Assembly (NCBI RefSeq): GCF_029504745.1
Contig: NZ_JAQFIQ010000001.1
Location: forward strand, 60,001 to 92,000
DNA length: 32,000 nt
Origin: Breznakia sp. PF5-3
GTDB lineage: Bacteria; Bacillota_I; Bacilli_A; Erysipelotrichales; Erysipelotrichaceae
Direction: 5' to 3'
This document shows positions 27,469 through 32,000 of this stretch, piece after piece; position 1 is the first letter of the stretch; each line of letters starts with the position of its first letter. A model generated the notes under the pieces. That model saw only the letters and a program-made list of their open reading frames with translations, ran no database searches and was not told where the DNA came from. The position numbers were made by a program, and so were the translations under genes.

Positions 27469-28326
27469 TTATTTTTTTACTAATCGATAAATTAAAATTT
27501 CTGGGGGACTGAATAGACGCATATCTACATTGGTTGTACCAATTCCATTTGAAACTTCAATGATAAGTTCATTAATTTCATACGTTCCACGTTCGTATTT
27601 TTTAGCTCCATCAATCGTACTCAATGGACCGAGAATTGGCAAAGATATCTGTCCACCATGAGAATGCCCAGCAAATGCTAAGTCAGTAGAATCATTTGGT
27701 ATATCAGCATACACATCAGGAGCATGTGTGAATGCAATTGTAAAGGTTGTATTGTTTAAATTAGTATATGCTTTTTCAATATCAGGAGTTCCACCAACGA
27801 TAGAATCAATTCCAACAAGATTAAACCCTTCACTAGTTCCGTTATGAATTTTGATATTTTTATTGGTTAAATCTTCATAACCTGCATTATATAAAATTTT
27901 AGAAATTAATACTTTAGTATTTTCGTTTTTTAAATCTTTTTCTCCTAAAACATAAAATTTGCCTAAAGGAGCTTCAATATCTGTTAGAATTTCAGTTACT
28001 TTACTTACGGTATCTGGATCATCCAGAAAAGCTTCTGCATTACTAAATAAATCACCACCAAATAAAATAATATCAGGAGAAGCTTCATTTATTTTTTCAA
28101 CAACTGCGCGAAATCTTTTTTCATCAACAAATTCACCATATTGTATATCGCTGATATATGCTATATTAACATCATGAATTGATTTTGGGATTTTTTCTGA
28201 GGATATGCTTTTATGGTTTATTTTAATATTCTCAGGAGCAATATACATTGCATAAAAAAGAGTGCCAGCTATCACTAGGGCAATACTCAAAAAAATTACT
28301 AAAGCTTTTAAAATTTTATGCTTCAT
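27469..28326 (-). CDS. membrane-anchored metallophosphoesterase (YkuE/calcineurin-like)
   Basis: N-terminal TM helix. Motifs SDIQYG, GGDLF, GEKD, TH.PD and GHSHGGQ. Confidence 0.8.
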   Translation of the reverse strand: MKHKILKALVIFLSIALVIAGTLFYAMYIAPENIKINHKSISSEKIPKSIHDVNIAYISDIQYGEFVDEKRFRAVVEKINEASPDIILFGGDLFSNAEAFLDDPDTVSKVTEILTDIEAPLGKFYVLGEKDLKNENTKVLISKILYNAGYEDLTNKNIKIHNGTSEGFNLVGIDSIVGGTPDIEKAYTNLNNTTFTIAFTHAPDVYADIPNDSTDLAFAGHSHGGQISLPILGPLSTIDGAKKYERGTYEINELIIEVSNGIGTTNVDMRLFSPPEILIYRLVKK

Positions 28327-28430
28327 TCACTTCACCTACACTTGTTGTTATTTTATCATATACTTACACGAAAAGAAATATTCTTGTATCTCTATATCAA
28401 ATTTTGATATAATGGCAAAGAGGTGGAAAT

Positions 28431-29447
28431 ATGAAATTTAAACGAGCCCTCTTGGTCATTAGTCTTTTAGCACTTTTTATAATTTGTTATAGACAAATGG
28501 ACACACAATATGATCCATTTGCAAGATACAGTTATATCACTGATGAAAATGAGGATATTATACGTCAATATATTGTGGATCCAGATGATATAGAATATAT
28601 TATCTCTCAAAAAATAAAACCTGAACAGTTTATGGATTTCATCACGTTGCCTGGGTTTGTGGTAAAAAACACATTATACTATGAAATGTGTTTAATAGAA
28701 CGGCCAGCGGATAAACAATTTATTGTGGATTTTGTTAATTCATATCGTAAGCAATTAAATGGTCAAACATTTGATTCGCTTATTCGAAACTATACATATG
28801 CTTCCTTAAGTGAATTTTATGATAATGGTTATAACTATATTGAAAATGCAGAGTTAGTTGCAGATCCTTCTCTTTTAAGTGTAATCATTGCTGAAGATGA
28901 AACAATTTTGGATTATCGTCCTACTGACTTAGTGAGTGTGGATACAAGTGTTATTTCCTCTGCTTCATCAATTGCTGGTGAAGAGGTTATTTATTTACGG
29001 GAAGAGGTTATTGAACCACTTAAAGATATGATGGAAGCAATGAAGGAAGAAAAGAATGTAGATAATAATTTCATTTTAACAAATGGTTTTGTTAGCTATG
29101 AGATGCAGATAGAGATATATAAGCAAGCTTTAAAAAAATATGGAGATGATACTTTTTCCATGTATTCAGATTATCCAGGGAGAAGTGAATATCAGTTAGG
29201 ATATATGTTGACATTAAAAATTCCTGGAGTTGATAATGTAACTCAAATTGAAGCGAGTGCACAATATAAATGGTTAAAGGATAATGCGCATAAATATGGG
29301 TTTATTATCCGCTATCCAAAAGATAAAGAAAAAGCGACAGGTAAGGTTTATCAACCGTTGACTTTACGTTATGTTGGAGAAGCCAATGCCCTTGAGGTGT
29401 ATGAAAGTCAAAATACTTTTAATGAAATAGAAGCAAAAGATGAATAG
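28431..29447 (+). CDS. VanY/LdcB (M15B)-like protein with substituted metal ligands; N-terminal membrane anchor
   Basis: The C-terminal third aligns to the D-Ala-D-Ala / LD-carboxypeptidase fold (HKYGFIIRYPKDKE, RYVG). However, SEYQLG replaces SEHQTG and QPLTLRYVG replaces EPWHxRYVG. Confidence 0.68.
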   Translation: MKFKRALLVISLLALFIICYRQMDTQYDPFARYSYITDENEDIIRQYIVDPDDIEYIISQKIKPEQFMDFITLPGFVVKNTLYYEMCLIERPADKQFIVDFVNSYRKQLNGQTFDSLIRNYTYASLSEFYDNGYNYIENAELVADPSLLSVIIAEDETILDYRPTDLVSVDTSVISSASSIAGEEVIYLREEVIEPLKDMMEAMKEEKNVDNNFILTNGFVSYEMQIEIYKQALKKYGDDTFSMYSDYPGRSEYQLGYMLTLKIPGVDNVTQIEASAQYKWLKDNAHKYGFIIRYPKDKEKATGKVYQPLTLRYVGEANALEVYESQNTFNEIEAKDE

Positions 29448-29459
29448 CTTTTGCTTTTT
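29433..29459 (+). terminator. intrinsic terminator
   Basis: GCAAAAG-ATGAATAG-CTTTTGC followed by TTTTT. The stop codon lies in the loop. Confidence 0.65.
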
Positions 29460-29514
29460 ATTATTTATGTAGTTTGTTTTATGGTAAAATATAAACTAAT
29501 GAGGATGTGATAAT

Positions 29515-32000
29515 ATGAGTTGTGATATTTTATTGATAGATGGAAATTCAATGTTGTTTCGTGCTTACTATGCAACTTTGTATAGTGGTGCAAGAATGAG
29601 TACTAGCAATGGTATATCTACCAATGCTGTTTATGGATTTGTAAACATGATTAACAAAGCAATAAAGAAAATTGATCCAAACTATGTAATGGTTGCCTGG
29701 GATAGTGGGAAACCAACATTTCGTCATGAACAGTTTTCTGATTATAAAGGAACGAGGAAAGAATTGGATCCAGAATTAAAAGTTCAATTTCCTATTGTAC
29801 GAGAGTTTTTAGATGCTTATGGAATTTTTCGTTATGAAGAAGAGGGAATTGAAGCAGATGATATTATAGGTACTTTAGCAAAGCGTTATAAAGATCATAA
29901 AGTATATATTTTATCTAGTGACAATGATTTATTACAGTTAATAGATAATACAACAGAAGTATTGTTAATGAAAAAGGGAATTTCTGAAATGCAAACAATG
30001 AATGAAGAAGCACTTTTAGAAACCAAACATGTTAAACCATGGCAAATTATAGAAATGAAGGGATTGATGGGGGATGCTTCTGATAATATTCCTGGAGTAA
30101 AAGGAGTTGGTGAAAAAACGGCACTTAAACTTCTACATGAATATGAAAGTGTTGAAGGTGTTTATGAACATATAGATGATCTTAAAGGGAAATTAAAAGA
30201 AAAACTAATAGATGGAAAAGATATGGCTTTTTTATCAAAAGATTTAGCTACGATTAAAATTGATTGTGATGTTCCTGTAAAATTAGAAGATTTTGAATAT
30301 GAAGAAAATGTAGAAGCGTTAAATACGTTTTATAGTAAATATGAGATGAATTCTTTAGTTCGGGATATTGAAGTAAAGCCTAAAAAAGTATTATCACAGT
30401 TAAAACAAGTCGATAAATTACCAAAAGAATTGTTAGAAAAAGATGTTTTTATCTTTTTGGATTATGATAATGGTTTGTTTTATGACGCAACTCTCTATGG
30501 GATGGTAGTGAAAACAGATGAGGATGCATATTATATTTCAAAAGATAATATGTTGATTGATAAAGTAAGCAATGCTTTATTTACTAGTAAAGGTAAGCGT
30601 ATAGGATATAATGTGAAAATGACATATCATTTATTAGATCGATATGGATTTAAATTTGATTCATTTGATTTTGATATTATGATAGCTTCATTTTTGGTGA
30701 ATAATAATATTAGTAATTTTGAACAATTATTAGACGCTTATAATTTAAATTTTGGAATTAAAAAAGATGATGTTTATGGAAAAGCAGGAAAGCCAAAATT
30801 TGCTGATGAGGAAACACGCTTGCACTTTATGAATGCCCAAAGCGACGCTCTTTATCAAATATATCCAAGCATTACTAAAGAAATAGAAACAAAAGAATTA
30901 AATAAAGTTTTATATGATATTGAAATGCCTATTTCGATTATTTTATATGAGATGGAAAAGGAAGGGGTTTCTACTTCAAAAGAAGTATTGGAAGAAATTC
31001 GTTTAAAAACACTTGATAAATTAAAAGCTTTAGAACGTAAAATATTTGCTTTATCAGGAAGTGAATTTAATGTAAACTCACCAAAACAATTAGCTGAAGT
31101 GTTGTTTGATAAACTTGGACTTAAAAGTAATAAAAAACGTAGCACAGCAATTGACGTATTGGAAAAATTGCAACATGCACATCCAGTTATTCCGGAATTG
31201 ATTATGTATCGAAAATATCAAAAAATTAATTCTACTTATGCTGAAGGATTGCAAAAGCATATTTTAAAAGATGGAAGAATTCATACAATCTATCATCAAA
31301 GTTTAACACAAACTGGGCGTTTATCCTCTTCAGATCCTAATTTACAAAATCTTTCTGTGAAAGATGATGATGCTAGAGAGATACGGAAGGCTTTTGTGGC
31401 AAGTGAAGGGTGTGTCTTATATGCAGCAGATTATTCGCAAATTGAATTGCGTGTATTAGCACATATGGCACAAGAGAAGCAAATGATAGATGCATTTAAT
31501 ACTGGTGTTGATATTCATACTAAAACAGCGATGTTAATTTTTAATGTAAACGAAGATGAAGTAACACCACTCATGCGTAGAGAAGCAAAAACGGTAAATT
31601 TTGGAATGGTTTATGGTCAAACTCAATTTGGATTAGCTAGTGAATTGAATATTGATATGAATGCTGCCAAAGATTTTATGGATGGATATTTTGAGTCTTA
31701 TCCAAAAATTAAAGATTTTATGGATGAAACAATATCTTTTTGTAAGGAACATGGGTATGTTACAACAATGTTTAAGAGAAGAAGGATTATAAATGAAATA
31801 CATGATAAAAATTATATGATCCGAGAGTTTGGTAAGCGTGCTGCTATGAATGCACCAATTCAAGGTACAGCAGCTGATCTTATTAAGATGGCAATGATAA
31901 AAGTAGTAACTTCTATGAAAGAAAAGAATATGAAAAGTAAACTAATACTACAAATTCATGATGAATTGGTCTTTGATGTTGTTTTAGATGAAGTAGATGC
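29515..32000 (+). CDS. polA: DNA polymerase I, N-terminal ~828 aa (3' end lies outside the window)
   Basis: I translated this by hand and the frame is open from ATG 29515 to the window end. It is absent from the ORF track only because no stop codon falls in the window. 5' nuclease region LLIDGNSMLFRAYYA and GDASDNIPGVKGVGEKTA. Pol motif A DYSQIELRVLAH, motif B RREAKTVNFGMVYG and motif C QIHDELVFDV. Confidence 0.95.
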   Translation, partial: MSCDILLIDGNSMLFRAYYATLYSGARMSTSNGISTNAVYGFVNMINKAIKKIDPNYVMVAWDSGKPTFRHEQFSDYKGTRKELDPELKVQFPIVREFLDAYGIFRYEEEGIEADDIIGTLAKRYKDHKVYILSSDNDLLQLIDNTTEVLLMKKGISEMQTMNEEALLETKHVKPWQIIEMKGLMGDASDNIPGVKGVGEKTALKLLHEYESVEGVYEHIDDLKGKLKEKLIDGKDMAFLSKDLATIKIDCDVPVKLEDFEYEENVEALNTFYSKYEMNSLVRDIEVKPKKVLSQLKQVDKLPKELLEKDVFIFLDYDNGLFYDATLYGMVVKTDEDAYYISKDNMLIDKVSNALFTSKGKRIGYNVKMTYHLLDRYGFKFDSFDFDIMIASFLVNNNISNFEQLLDAYNLNFGIKKDDVYGKAGKPKFADEETRLHFMNAQSDALYQIYPSITKEIETKELNKVLYDIEMPISIILYEMEKEGVSTSKEVLEEIRLKTLDKLKALERKIFALSGSEFNVNSPKQLAEVLFDKLGLKSNKKRSTAIDVLEKLQHAHPVIPELIMYRKYQKINSTYAEGLQKHILKDGRIHTIYHQSLTQTGRLSSSDPNLQNLSVKDDDAREIRKAFVASEGCVLYAADYSQIELRVLAHMAQEKQMIDAFNTGVDIHTKTAMLIFNVNEDEVTPLMRREAKTVNFGMVYGQTQFGLASELNIDMNAAKDFMDGYFESYPKIKDFMDETISFCKEHGYVTTMFKRRRIINEIHDKNYMIREFGKRAAMNAPIQGTAADLIKMAMIKVVTSMKEKNMKSKLILQIHDELVFDVVLDEVD

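Noticed and set aside
28380-28390. A third copy of the junction-like decamer ATTCTTGTAT (also TTCTTGTATC) lies on the plus strand in the promoter region of the VanY-like gene.
   Set aside because: A single 10-mer match of AT-rich, low-complexity sequence in 64 kb of two-strand search space is not far from chance. It overlaps a plausible -35 (TTGTAT) and has no adjacent IS-related sequence. It is worth remembering only as a potential secondary target.
30400-30860. The Pol I 3'-5' exonuclease-like domain lacks the canonical Exo I/II acidic residues (LDYDNG instead of D-x-E; NVKMT instead of N-x-K-Y-D).
   Set aside because: Loss of proofreading residues is common in Pol I of Bacillota (for example the Bst-type enzymes), so this is not unusual.
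735-31863. Many 60-150 aa ORFs in the track lie antisense to or nested within the long genes. Examples: 735-938, 1941-2141, 2732-2947, 7242-7574, 8507-8788, 12058-12504, 16162-16428, 16717-17019, 18782-18976, 20567-20824, 22535-22801, 25034-25360, 30855-31145, 31633-31863.
   Set aside because: All lie inside confidently identified genes on the other strand or in another frame. They have low-complexity or odd composition, no SD and no recognisable motifs. They are typical shadow ORFs of AT-rich DNA.
1-32000. Possible alternative genetic code (TGA read as Trp), considered because of the very AT-rich, Mollicutes-like composition.
   Set aside because: All long conserved genes (leuS, sufB, leuA, polA and others) are intact under code 11 and several end at TGA in the expected place. 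No recoding is needed.
1-32000. Search for CRISPR arrays, tRNA/rRNA genes and prophage or defence islands.
   Set aside because: I saw no regularly spaced direct repeats of CRISPR type, no cloverleaf-like tRNA or rRNA sequences, and no clusters of phage or defence genes. Apart from the IS, the content is housekeeping.

Overview
AT-rich chromosomal segment, mostly housekeeping, of Bacillota (Firmicutes) type. It uses the standard code 11: long ORFs such as leuS and sufB are intact, so no TGA recoding is needed. Gene order: sufC(partial)-sufD-sufS-sufU-sufB, 5-formyl-THF cyclo-ligase, a small A24-like membrane protein (minus), HAD-IIA phosphatase, a structured C-rich leader or sRNA, NUDIX hydrolase, TIGR01212-type radical SAM (minus), YgjP/DUF45 metallohydrolase, a split ChrA pair, PHP-family histidinol phosphatase (minus), an orphan promoter-terminator unit, serC-serA, a thioester-domain surface adhesin, an NfnAB-like oxidoreductase pair, a Leu T-box leader, leuS-leuA-leuC, an IS110-family insertion (minus), leuD-leuB, a class-C-like serine hydrolase (minus), a membrane metallophosphoesterase (minus), a degenerate VanY/LdcB-like protein, and polA. 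The polA ORF is open to the window end and is therefore missing from the ORF track. The most interesting locus is the IS110-family element at about 22913-24399, inserted antisense exactly at the leuC/leuD junction. It has no terminal inverted repeats, a short right end and a ~240-nt non-coding left end. That left end repeats and inverts the junction motif, which fits a guide (bridge-type) RNA partnered with the DEDD recombinase. I could not run folding, covariance-model or database searches, so all RNA calls are hypotheses from reading the sequence by eye.
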